Shown here: positions 27,710 to 38,748 of the stretch, one piece after another
How positions within the stretch are numbered: position 1 is the stretch's first letter
Layout: every line of letters begins with the position of its first letter
Translations under genes and position numbers: made by a program
Notes under the pieces: generated by a model
Told to the model about the DNA's origin: nothing
The model's input: the letters and a program-made list of their open reading frames with translations, nothing else
Database searches by the model: none
Assembly (NCBI RefSeq): GCF_006345805.1
Contig: NC_043002.1
Span: 67,270,001-67,334,000, forward strand
Direction of reading: 5' to 3'
Source of the DNA: Octopus sinensis
Lineage: Eukaryota
DNA length: 64,000 bases

Positions 27710-27847
27710 TGTGTGTGTGTAATAAGAGAATTTCCATGATCACTTTACTCCCACGTTTTCATCTAGCGGAATCCCTTCTGATGGGGGTCTGTAAATTTAT
27801 TAGCTTCAACAGTTTTCCGCCCCCCATGTCATGCATTTAAGCTGTTA

Positions 27848-27884
<37 letters not shown>

Positions 27885-28804
27885 CCATTGTATTAGACTT
27901 TCTACTCTTTTCTATTTCAATCTTTCGAAGACAACAGTGCTTCTCGTTCTCGAAATAGCATGACAACTATCGGCAAAGACAGCTGTAATAAATCCCCGCT
28001 TTTCCTAGTCTCCTTTCTATGTCTATATAAATATCTATATCTGTCTATGTGAATGTGTGTGTTTGTGTGTGTGTGTGCGCATGCGTGTGTTTGTGAAATA
28101 TGTATATAATTCAGCCATGTAAATGTCTTGCAGTTTGTGTCTAGCTTGCTGTCTGTCTGTCTGTCTGTCTCCATTATTTCTTTCAGTTCCCCAATCTTTC
28201 TCTCTCTCCTCTCTCTCCCTCCTCCCCCTTTCTCTCTCTTTCCTTTTTGCCTCTCCATCTCCGTCTCCCTCTATCTTCTTTGTCTCTTATTTCTTGTTCG
28301 TTCTGTCAAAATTATTTATTTATAAATAAACATAAGTCGCAGCCACGCCACGATGTGTGACAGCCTCTTAGACGACGGACCCTCGATACATGACTCGTCA
28401 CCCCGCACTACGTATTCTGCCTACGTACGTATGAGACAAAGACACCCAACAATAATAATTGGTTATGTCTTCGTACCATGATAGTTCTCTTTCAATTGTA
28501 AATAACGAGGATAAAAAGGCGGTGTACTGACAAATTCACAACGAATCCATCAGTAAATTATGTGAAAGCCAAACTGGCTGAATCCTTTGATTGGGTGAAT
28601 AAAAGTGCTTTGGGTTTTTTTCCAGTTCTTTGCGTTCTGGGTTCAAATTCCATCAAAGTAAACTTTGGTTTTTGTTCTTCAGTGGTTGACAAAATAAAAG
28701 TACTAACCAAAAGCTAAATCGATAGCATCAATTTCACTCCTACCCTAAAATTTAAAGCCTAGTGTTAATAATAATAATAATAATAATAACAACAACAATA
28801 ATAA

Positions 28805-29560
28805 TGGTTTCAAATTTTGCCACAAGCAGTTTCGGTGGAGGGGATAAGTCGATTACATCAACCCCAGTGTTTCACTGGTACTTAATTTATTGACTCCGAA
28901 AGGATGAAAGGCAAAGTTGACCTTGCCGGAATTTGAATACATAACGTGAAGACAGATGAAATACCTATTTCTTTACTATCAACAAAGGGCTAAACACAGA
29001 GAGGACAAACAAGGACACACAAACGAATTAAGTCGATTATTTCGACCCCAGTGCGTAACTGGTACTTATTTAGTCGACCCCGAAAGAATGAAAGGCAAAG
29101 TCGACATCGGCGGAATTTGAACTCAGAACGTAGCGGCAGACGAAATACCTATTTCTTAACTACTCACAAAGGGCTAAACACAGAGGACAAACAAGGACAG
29201 ACAAAGGGATTAAGTCGATTATATCGACCCCAGTGCGTAACTGGTACTTATTTAATCGACCCCGAAAGGATGAAAGGCAAAGTCGACCTCGGCGGAATTT
29301 GAACTCAGAACGTAGCGGCAGATGAAATACCGCTAAGCATACTAACGATGTTGCCAGCTCGCCGCCCTTAATAATAATTTTGCCACAAGGACAGCAATTC
29401 TGTGGGGGGAAGAGGGGATGAGTCAATTTAACAGTTACTTATTTTATCGATCCCGACAGGATGCAAGGCAAAGTCAGCCTCAGAGGAATTTTAACTCAGA
29501 ACGTAGAGACGGACGAAATGTTGCTAAGTATTTTCCCCACCGTGCTAACGATTCTGCTAG
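28805..29560 (-). mobile_element. SINE family B multimer (3 body units plus head) and a further adjacent copy
   Basis: cgaaa(g/a)gatgaaaggcaaag repeats at ~28900, ~29085, ~29265 and ~29460. Confidence 0.9.
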
Positions 29561-29570
29561 CTCACCGCCT

Positions 29571-29766
<196 letters not shown>

Positions 29767-29769
29767 TAG

Positions 29770-30350
29770 AAAAGAGAGTACCTGCGGCGTGTGAGAAAAA
29801 TACTGGTTTCAAAGCTGAATGCCAGCAACATAATTTCGGCAATAAACTATTGCGCGCAGTCGCAATAGTTCAGAATGGCGCTGGAACCCTGAGGCAGACA
29901 GAGAAGGAGCCAAAGGAGATGGACAAGAAGTCAAAAGAGCTCCCAACGATGCATGGAGCCAATCATCCATGTGCAGACACTGATCGCTTATACATGAAGA
30001 GAGCAACTGGAGGAAGAGGACTGATGAGTGTGGAAAACCGTGTACATGTCGAACTCGAGAGCTTAATGAGATAATACCTAGCCCAAAGTAAGGAAACCTT
30101 AGCAACGAGGAAGGATTGAAAGCAGGGGGAAAAAAACAGGAAAAATGAAGGAAGAAGGACACGAAGTACGAAAAAGACATGAAGAAGAAGAATGCAATAA
30201 GGGACTACCAGAATCAATTCCATATAGCTAGAACAGAAGTTGCTGGAAGAAACTAGGTGGGACTGGCTGAAGAAAGAAAAGCTAAAAAAAAAAAAAAAAA
30301 GGAGGAGAGCACTATACTGGTAGCACCGGACCTAGTTTTGGCCGCGAACT
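29770..30350 (+). mobile_element. R4/Dong-clade non-LTR retrotransposon fragment (RT C-terminal region)
   Basis: EYLRRVRKILVSKLNASNIISAIN...MHGANHPCADTDRLYMKRATGGRGLMSVE...WDWLKKEKLKK..ESTILVAPD matches the R4/Dong pattern (HPKADVDRLY..RK.GGRGL; W.WLK.G.LKKETE..I.AAQDQ). Confidence 0.8.
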
Positions 30351-30868
30351 AGTGTCTTCTACTATAGCCACGGGCTGACCAAAGCCTTGTGAGTGGATCT
30401 GTTTGACAGAAGCTGTAAGAAGCCCGTCGTATATATATATATATATATCAAAATGTGACCTCGTGTGTACCGTTGGCGATTTTTTTTTCCTCTGTCTTCC
30501 CTTCTCCTATGTTTCCGACGAAGAGCTCCGCTCGAAACATTAAACCCTCCTTCTTTCCTGAGCGTCCAATAATACTATATTTGTTCCACGTCCTCGCGTT
30601 GTTGTGTTTTTTTGTGCTTTCTTGTTTGGATTAACTATATATATACGTATGTATTTATGTGTGCTTTTGTGTTTGTTTCCCCCACCATCGCTTGACAACC
30701 GATGTCGGTGTGTTTATGTCCACGTAACTTAACGGTTCGGCAAAAGTGACCGATAAAATAAGTACTAGGCTTATAAGGAATAAGTTCTGGGAGTCGGTTC
30801 CTACGACTAAAGAGCCTTTAAGGCGGTGCTCCAGCATGACCACGGCCAAGTGACTAAAATGAATAAGT
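30351..30868 (+). mobile_element. SINE family A (5' truncated), split by an insertion in its central (TA)n
   Basis: 5' half ends aagcccgtcgtatata at ~30435; 3' half resumes at ~30650. Confidence 0.85.
30449..30637 (+). mobile_element. Penelope-type terminal repeat fragment with hammerhead motif (second copy)
   Basis: Near-identical to the reverse complement of 12224-12428. HHR at 30511-30545 reads GUUU-CCGACGA-A-GAGC(UCC)GCUC-GAAA-CAUU-AAAC, with stem III broken by G>A. Confidence 0.65.
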
Positions 30869-30894
30869 ATATATATATATATATATATATATAT

Positions 30895-31297
30895 CTTTTA
30901 CTCTTTTACTTGTTTCAGTCATTTGACTGTCGCCATGTTGGAGCACCGCCTTTTGTCGAGCAAATCGACCCCAGGACTTATTCTTTGTAAGCCTAGTACT
31001 TATTCTATCGGTCTCTTTAGCCGAACCGCTAAATTACGGGGACGTAAACACACCAGCATCAGTTGTCAAGCGATGTTGGTGGGACAAACATACACACAAT
31101 CATACATATATATATATATAATATATATATATTATATATATATATATACATATATATATACGACAGGCTTCTTTCAGTTTCCGTCAACCAAATCCACTCA
31201 CAAGGCTTTGGTTGGCCCGAAGATATAGTAGAAGACACTTGTCCAAGGTGCCACGCACTGGGACTGAACTCGGAACCATGTGGTTCGTAAGCAAGCT
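30895..31297 (-). mobile_element. SINE family A, tail-to-tail with the preceding copy
   Basis: Reverse-complement match. Confidence 0.9.
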
Positions 31298-32729
31298 AAA
31301 CCACGATGTAAGGTTAAATGCTAAATAACATGGTAGAGTGGAGACATACATTTGTTCATGTTGTACGTGGCGTTTTCTTCGAGTTCAGAACCCATCAGAA
31401 TGCACTCTGATGATTTTGAAATTCGAATGAAACACGACTGGTCTTGGCAATGCCCGTCATCTGAACAAATATGCTCGTGTGTGGATGTGTGCGTATTCAA
31501 AATATATATAATGAGAAGTATTAACGTTTTTGACAGCTTAAAAGGCGCACGTGCCTGAGACACATTTCAATTTTGACAGATCCTTTCTTGAACTGCCAAT
31601 TGTCAGAATCCTGACCCTTGACATTCACAAAACGTCAGCTTGTTTTCTGGGACATTTTTTTAAGGATGGGTTGAAAATTGTGCGTCTCACGAGCCGCCAA
31701 ATTCGCTAGATATTATAAGTACTGATATCTATATGATCAATTTAGTGTATCTCCAAGTCTTCTGAGTATTTTTTACAACTATCAATGTAATAGTAACACA
31801 TTTAGTCAAGTTAACAAAGGGATGTGGATTCGAATCCCACGTGGATGGGAAAGTTTATTTTTTTCTGTCGAGAACTTATCTATATGCACCATTATTTGAC
31901 TATTTTCCTTAGTCATTGCACGGTGATCGCTATAAGCTTTAAGCTTATACAAACACCATTATTATTATTTACAGGATTGTAGAACTCAGCATCGTATAAC
32001 AAAACCATTCGCAACTATTAATATGTATTTCTACTTAGAATATTTGTGGCTAATAGACTTTTGTTAAGCAACTTGCTTACATTCTGGCATTCATATCTAC
32101 AACACACCCATGCACAGTAAGGGCAGAGAGATACACCTACATTTTTTTTACTGACTCCAGCCATTGTCATGTGGATACTCTAAGTCATCATATAACATAT
32201 ACATAACACATAGGCACATAATACTCACACACACGCACAAACCTAAGCACATACACACACACCACATTTTTCCTTGAGTCCTCGACTCCATAGTAGAGTC
32301 GTAGAGGCGCCGACGTAATATATGGTATCTTTTAGTAAAATTTTAGGTGTAGCAGAGCCCATCCCTCTCTAGGTTTGAGCACAGATGAAATTCCTCTCGA
32401 AAGAAAAACAGAGAGAAAGTGTTAAAGAAATGGAACAGTTAAACCAGTAAGGGATCGGTACTTTATTCATCGATCCCAAAACAATGAAGTAGTAGGTTTG
32501 TCCCGTTACTTCTCTCAATATTTAAGTCATGCAGTTGCATGGGTTCAGTTTTCAAATGCGCATATGAAGTGCTTTTTCTTCTTTTTTTTTTAACTGTGAA
32601 GAGTTGTCCTCGTTTAAAACGGATCTTCGATTCTTTTGACAGAATTAAACATTTACAACTACAGCTTCTGCTACTTCTCTTCCTGCTACTATTTTATTTC
32701 TTTATTGCTCACAGGGGGCGCTAAAAATA

Positions 32730-32813
32730 GGACGTAAACACACCAGCATCGGTTGTCAAGCGATGTTGGGGGGACAAACACAGACACACAAACACACACA
32801 CACACACACACAC

Positions 32814-32868
<55 letters not shown>

Positions 32869-33025
32869 GATAGGCTTTTTTCAGTTTCCATCTACAAAAT
32901 CCACTCACAAGGCTTTGTTTAGCCCAAGGCTATAGTAGAAGACACTTGCCCAAGGTGCCACGCAGTGGGACTGAACTCGGAACCATGTCGTTCATAAGCA
33001 AGCTACTTATCACACAGCCACTCTG
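32730..33025 (-). mobile_element. SINE family A, 3' truncated
   Basis: Reverse-complement match. Confidence 0.85.
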
Positions 33026-33029
33026 CCCA

Positions 33030-33420
33030 TAGGGGGCTAAACATAGAGGGGACAAACAAAGGGATTAAGTCGACTACATCGACCCCAGTGCGTAACTGGT
33101 ACTTAATTTATCGACCTCGAAAGGATGAAAGGCAAAGTCGACGTCGGCGGAATTTGAACTCAGAACGTAGCCGCAGACGAAATACCTATTTCTTTACTAC
33201 TCACAAGGGGCTAAACACAGAGGGAACAACAAAGAACAGACAACGGATTAAGTCGATTACATCGACCCCAGTGCGTAACTGGTACTTAATTTATCGACCC
33301 CGAAAGGATGAAAGGCAAAGTCGACCTCGGCGGAATTTGAACTCAGAACGTACGGCAGAAGACGAATACGGCTACGCATTTCACCCAGCGTGCTAACGTT
33401 TCTGCCAGCTCGACGCCTTT
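33030..33420 (-). mobile_element. SINE family B dimer
   Basis: Two body units (cores at ~33120 and ~33300) plus head. Confidence 0.9.
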
Positions 33421-34609
33421 ACTAGTAATTCCTGCTACTATTGCCACTAAAGTCGTTACGGTCACTAGCCCCTGTTTTATTGCTGAAGGAGGATAAACAA
33501 CTCCCACTATATTTACGTCTTCTCCCATTTCCACTACCACCACCACTGCCGCCACCACCACCACTTCTGCTAGTGACACTGATACAGCCACTACTTATCA
33601 CTACCATTGTTACTACTACTACTCCTACTACTGCTGCCCATCAGCTATCAGAAGGAAACCAATTACCAGTACCATATGAATTTTGTAAGGAAAACGTGAG
33701 CATCTAGAACTTATGAAAGATTAATTTCATTTATTTCCCCCTCTCTTACAGCATGACTAAATCGTCTTATAAACAATTGAAACCGGTAGCTTATTTTCAT
33801 AAAAATGTAAATATTCTATTTCTCTTGTCCATGATAAACTTCTCAAAGCAGTTTCTTCTTTTTTGCTCTATATTGTACACACACACATGTGACACTTTTA
33901 ACTCGTTTTCGAGTAATGCAGTAATGCTATCGCTTGATTGTTCTCTTAGATTTGGGCAGCTAGAGAATACAGGGAATTATACACTTTTATACAGATGTGG
34001 AAACGATGGGCATCTGACGCAGTAGGTGTTGCAGTATTGTTTTGGCGAACCTTCATATGACGATTCAGTCTGCCTCTCACCGTGCATTCTTCACTGCACT
34101 CCTTTCATGTAGCGATAGCGTATAATGAATAGTTAACATCTCTCCTCTCTCTCTCTCCTCTCTCTCTCTCTTTCTATCTTTCTCCCTGGCTTCTCTGGTG
34201 ACTCCTAAGGCCTACATCAGTTAGACGGGTACATGTACACGTTACATTAAAAAAACTGGGCTGTGAGCCAACGTATTCAACCAAATTCACATTATGATTC
34301 TTACGGACACCTCTCTTGAGTTGTTCATGCTCGATCATGCATGCATGCATACATACATACGTACGTACGTACATACATGCATGCAAGCATATATGACAGA
34401 AGAATGACAAAGTACATGATAATTGGACAACGAAACAGGAAACATGTCAATTCGTTCTCCTTTACTTTTCTGTGTGCAAAAAGGATAAGGTGTATATACA
34501 TGTGTTCGCATCCATTTGATATATTTACACGTATCCATAGATATCAAAACATATGCATACACACACACATACATACATATATACATACATACATACATAC
34601 ATACATACA

Positions 34610-34904
34610 TACATACATAATTGTTAAGAGATTTCTTTTCACATGAAACCATTAGTAGCCTTGTCGGCCCACAAATAAAGAACATTTATCTATCAATGTG
34701 GTGTTGAGTACTCATTATCCCTGTTCAATATTAGTTCATACACACACATAAACGTGTACGTACATACATACATACATACATGCATACATAATTGTTAAGA
34801 GATTTCTTTTCACATGAAACCATTGGTAGCCTTGTCGGCCCCAAATAAAGAACATTAATCTATCAATGCGGTGTTGAGTACTCATTGTCCCTGTTCGATA
34901 TTAG

Positions 34905-34910
<6 letters not shown>
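34610..34910 (+). repeat. Tandem duplication, 171-bp period
   Basis: attgttaagagatttcttttcacatgaaacc starts at 34620 and 34791; units are separated by (TACA)n. Confidence 0.92.
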
Positions 34911-34950
<40 letters not shown>

Positions 34951-35535
34951 TACGTATGTACGTGCATACATACGTACATGTGATACTCAAAGTTGTATTT
35001 TCTTTATAATTTTTTAAAGTATATATAATTTATGAGCTGCTGAAAGTTAGCCACCCGAAAAATGATTACAGCTCTATTAAGTTCGATGTTGTAAACGAGT
35101 TGAGGTGAGTTGGTATTTGTTATTGAATTCAGGGGAAATACGACACCCCCTTTGGGATTCAGTGCTCAACTGCTGATAACCTTCATCTCTTGTGAGAGAC
35201 TGACACCGGCTCTGTCGATGGGTGGTGACGACGGGTGGGTGAAATGTGCAGATATGTAGGAAGTGGTATAGAAAGAGAGGAGGAGAAATGGGTAACCGAG
35301 AAAGAGAGGGAGATAGGAGAGAGAGAGAGAGGTGGCGAGAAGGAGAGAGATACAGGAATTGGAAGTGAGAAATTAAAAACAAACAATGTAACTAATATAT
35401 GTATAATATATACAATCATGCGTACAAACTCAATTTAGAAACGACATATGTACGTACGTATGTATATATGTATGTATGTATCTATATCTATATATATCTG
35501 TATACGTCCATACATATATAGATATGTGTATGCGC

Positions 35536-35590
<55 letters not shown>

Positions 35591-36293
35591 CGTGCGTGCG
35601 CGCGTGTGTGTGTGTGTGTACATTATATGTCCCTGTTCACACACGCGCATACGCTGGGGACTCAAAAGTTTAATATACTGAGTCAAAGCACTTCGATTAA
35701 CAGAGATTATTAGTTCAGTTATTAAGCAAATCTCCCTCCACCGGGCTTTAACTTTGAAAAGAGATTTTAAAAATCAGTATACATGGCACACATACATATA
35801 TATGCATATATTTATACATATGCGCACACACACACACACATTTGAAGGTTTTAGGTTACATCACCCGATCTTAAGGTTTTAAGTTACGCCGGTGAACACT
35901 TATAATGCTGGATCACTGAGGTGAAATATTATTATCATTACTCTTATTAATATTGTTATTATTATCATTATTATTATTATTATTATTATTGCTGTTGTTG
36001 TTGTTGTTTACGTCGTCGCCGTTGTTTCTTAATATATTTGTTAAATTTTTCGGTCCAGATCTATTACTGATAGTTTCACCGACCAGTTTTTTTTTCTCCA
36101 GTGACGCTCATCAGGCTGTAATCCTGTGGATTATATTTAAAATAAAAAATCGACCGTCACATTCAGAAGTTTACCTCCATCTCCACCTGGGTATGTCTGC
36201 ACTATGAACTGTTTCTACCTGTGCTTGTGCCCAGTTTGTTGTAGAATCGATGATAACTTTTGGACATGACTAACCACTACGCCATATGCCCAC

Positions 36294-36555
36294 GGGCATA
36301 TGGCGTAGGGGTTAAGAGCGCAGGCTACTAACCCCAAGATTCCGAGTTCGATTCCAAGCAGTCACCTGAACAAAAACAACAACAATAATAATAATAATAA
36401 TAACCTTAGGAAAATACCTTAGGAATGAGAATCCAGGTTCGAAATTTCCCCAAGACACCAGAAGAAGGCTGGAGGGTATATCTGCCGAAACGTTGTGTTA
36501 ACAACAAATAAGATGAGGACAAATATCCGTCGAATGTAAATAATGTCAATAATGA
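36294..36555 (+). mobile_element. tRNA-headed SINE (family D) with a 3' hammerhead motif
   Basis: A-box-like tggcgtaggggtt, B-box-like gagttcgattcc, (AAC/AAT)n linker, HHR motif at 36454-36499, short repeated tail gtaaataat/gtcaataat. Confidence 0.7.
36454..36499 (+). ncRNA. Minimal type-I hammerhead ribozyme motif, probably inactivated
   Basis: GACAC-C(A)GAAGA-A-GGCUG(10 nt)CUGCC-GAAA-CG-UU-GUGUU. Stem I GACAC/GUGUU; U4 appears as A; one stem II mismatch. Confidence 0.6.
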
Positions 36556-36767
36556 CTATTGTTTGTTTTGCGCAGACCAATGTGATGGGCGTCCAGTTTT
36601 CTCACACACCATAGAAAAGCTGAACGGAAAATTAAACATAGGCATTACGAAGCAATAATACAGACACACACAGACACAGACGCACACGCACACACGTACG
36701 CACGCACGCACACATATACATGTGCGCTCCCGCACATATCTTTTAACCATTTTTTTCTTTCATTTTT

Positions 36768-37145
36768 CTATCATTAAACTACGGCCATGCTGGGGCATCG
36801 CCTTGTAGAACTTCTAGTTAGATGAATCGGTCCCAGTACTTATATTTTCTTCTAAGTCTGCTATTTATTCTATCGGTCGCTTTTGTTGAACCGCTAAGTT
36901 ACGGGGACGTAAACACACCAACACCGATTGTCAAGCGGTGGTGGGGGAAAAGTGCAGGCACAATGACACACACACACACGTACACACACACACACACGTA
37001 CACACACACAAACTCTCTTTCTCTCTCTCTCTTACACACACACATATATATATATACGACGGGCTTCTTTCAGTTTCCGTCAACCAAATCCAGTCACGAG
37101 ACTATAGTAGAACTCGGAGCTATGCAGCCACAAAGCAAGCTTTGT
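36768..37145 (-). mobile_element. SINE family A, partial
   Basis: Reverse-complement match. Confidence 0.75.
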
Positions 37146-37309
37146 GAGAGAGAGAGGAAGAGCAAAGGAGAGAGAGAGAGAAAGAGAGAGAAATATACCT
37201 ATTGACGGGATGCGAACTATACACCTCTTATTCTTCTCTTTTAAATTATATATACAAGTACAAAAACGGTTATTTCTGGACACTGCTGAGCCGGACCCAG
37301 CGACAATTT

Positions 37310-37460
37310 ATTCCTTTATTGCCCACAGGGGAGCTAAACATAGAGGGGACAAACAAGGATAGGCATAGGGCTTAAGTCAATTACATCGACCCCAGTGCGT
37401 AATTGGTACTTACTTAATCGACCCCGAAAGGATGAAAAGCAAAGTCGATCTCGGCGGAAT
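37310..37460 (-). mobile_element. SINE family B, partial
   Basis: cgaccccgaaaggatgaaaagcaaagtcga core. Confidence 0.8.
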
Positions 37461-38511
37461 CCAGCGCCAATTTACAAGCAAGAACTTCAAATTACAGCAG
37501 CTGCCAGAGTAGTTTACCGAGTGGACCTGTTTCAAAGTACCTATTTCAAATATGAATAAACTTACATTATTTATACTAATGTATAGGTACCTGTTCGTTT
37601 AGTTATTTAAATAAATTTAATATTTGTCTAATTTCGAGTTGACCGCTCTTGGTTAGGAAAAATCAGTAATTCGGAAAGGCCTTGATACCAACGGTTCCGG
37701 GAAATCGATACTGTATCTAATGGCCGTTGCCTGTATTGTCTTCCAACTCAATTTATGCCTAAATTGTGTCTTGCTGCTCAACATAGGAAATTCCTCTGAA
37801 AACTGTTGGCCTTGTGCCAAAATTAGAAAGAATTATCCATCATTATTTTTATTTTCTTATTTCAGGACAATTTACTTCCAGGTTGTTTTTGAAAAGAACT
37901 CGTAAGGAAATGTAAATATAAAACTAGAACGTAGTCGTGTTTCCGATACATGTCTGAAAGAAAAGCTGTTTCACATATGCGCGTTGGTGTGTACGTGTAT
38001 GTGTGTATCTATGTGCGTGTGTGTATGTGTGCATGTAGGTTTGTGCGTGTGTGCTTGTGAGTGTACATTTCTGACAGCGCACGTATGTGTGTGTGTGTAT
38101 GTGGAGCATATTTGCGTACGTGTATGTATGCAGAAGTATACTTGCGTGCGTGTGAGCGCATGTGCGTGCATGTATGTATGTATGCATATATGTATGTAGT
38201 TATAAGCATATATAGACACGCATTATAATGAAAAACACGTTTCGTTCGCTCAGACATATTATATTCAAAAGTTCAACATTTAATCCCGTTTGTTGTACAA
38301 TAACAATTTATACTTTATTTTTAAATTTCTCTTACTTCCTTATTAATTTCTTTGATGTTATTCAAATCCCTTAGGTAGGTTTCCCCTCTCCCACTGTCAT
38401 TTTATCGATATTTCAAGGTCGTGTAATCCTATCATGGAGGACATCAATAAAAAAAATGACGGATGCTGGTGTGTTCTAAATATTATGCTTTATAACATGC
38501 TATTTCTGAAT

Positions 38512-38665
38512 CTTGGCTGTGTGGTGAAGAAGCTTGTTTTGCAACCATGTCGTTTCGGGTTTAGTCATACTACGCGGCAAATTTGAGCAAGTGTCTTCCA
38601 TCTGTAGTCTCGGACCGACCAATGCCTTGTGAATAATTTGGTAAACGGAAACTATGGAATCCTGA
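38512..38665 (+). mobile_element. SINE family A, 5' half
   Basis: tggctgtgtggtgaagaagcttg head; ends in (TA)n(GA)n. Confidence 0.75.
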
Positions 38666-38667
38666 CG

Positions 38668-38744
<77 letters not shown>

Positions 38745-38748
<4 letters not shown>

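Noticed and set aside
30021-30036. CUGAUGA...GAAA hammerhead core
   Set aside because: Lies in the R4/Dong coding frame (GLMSVE) with no pairing stems.
31407-31421. CUGAUGA...GAAA hammerhead core
   Set aside because: Only UUUU between the motifs; no stem II or stem I.
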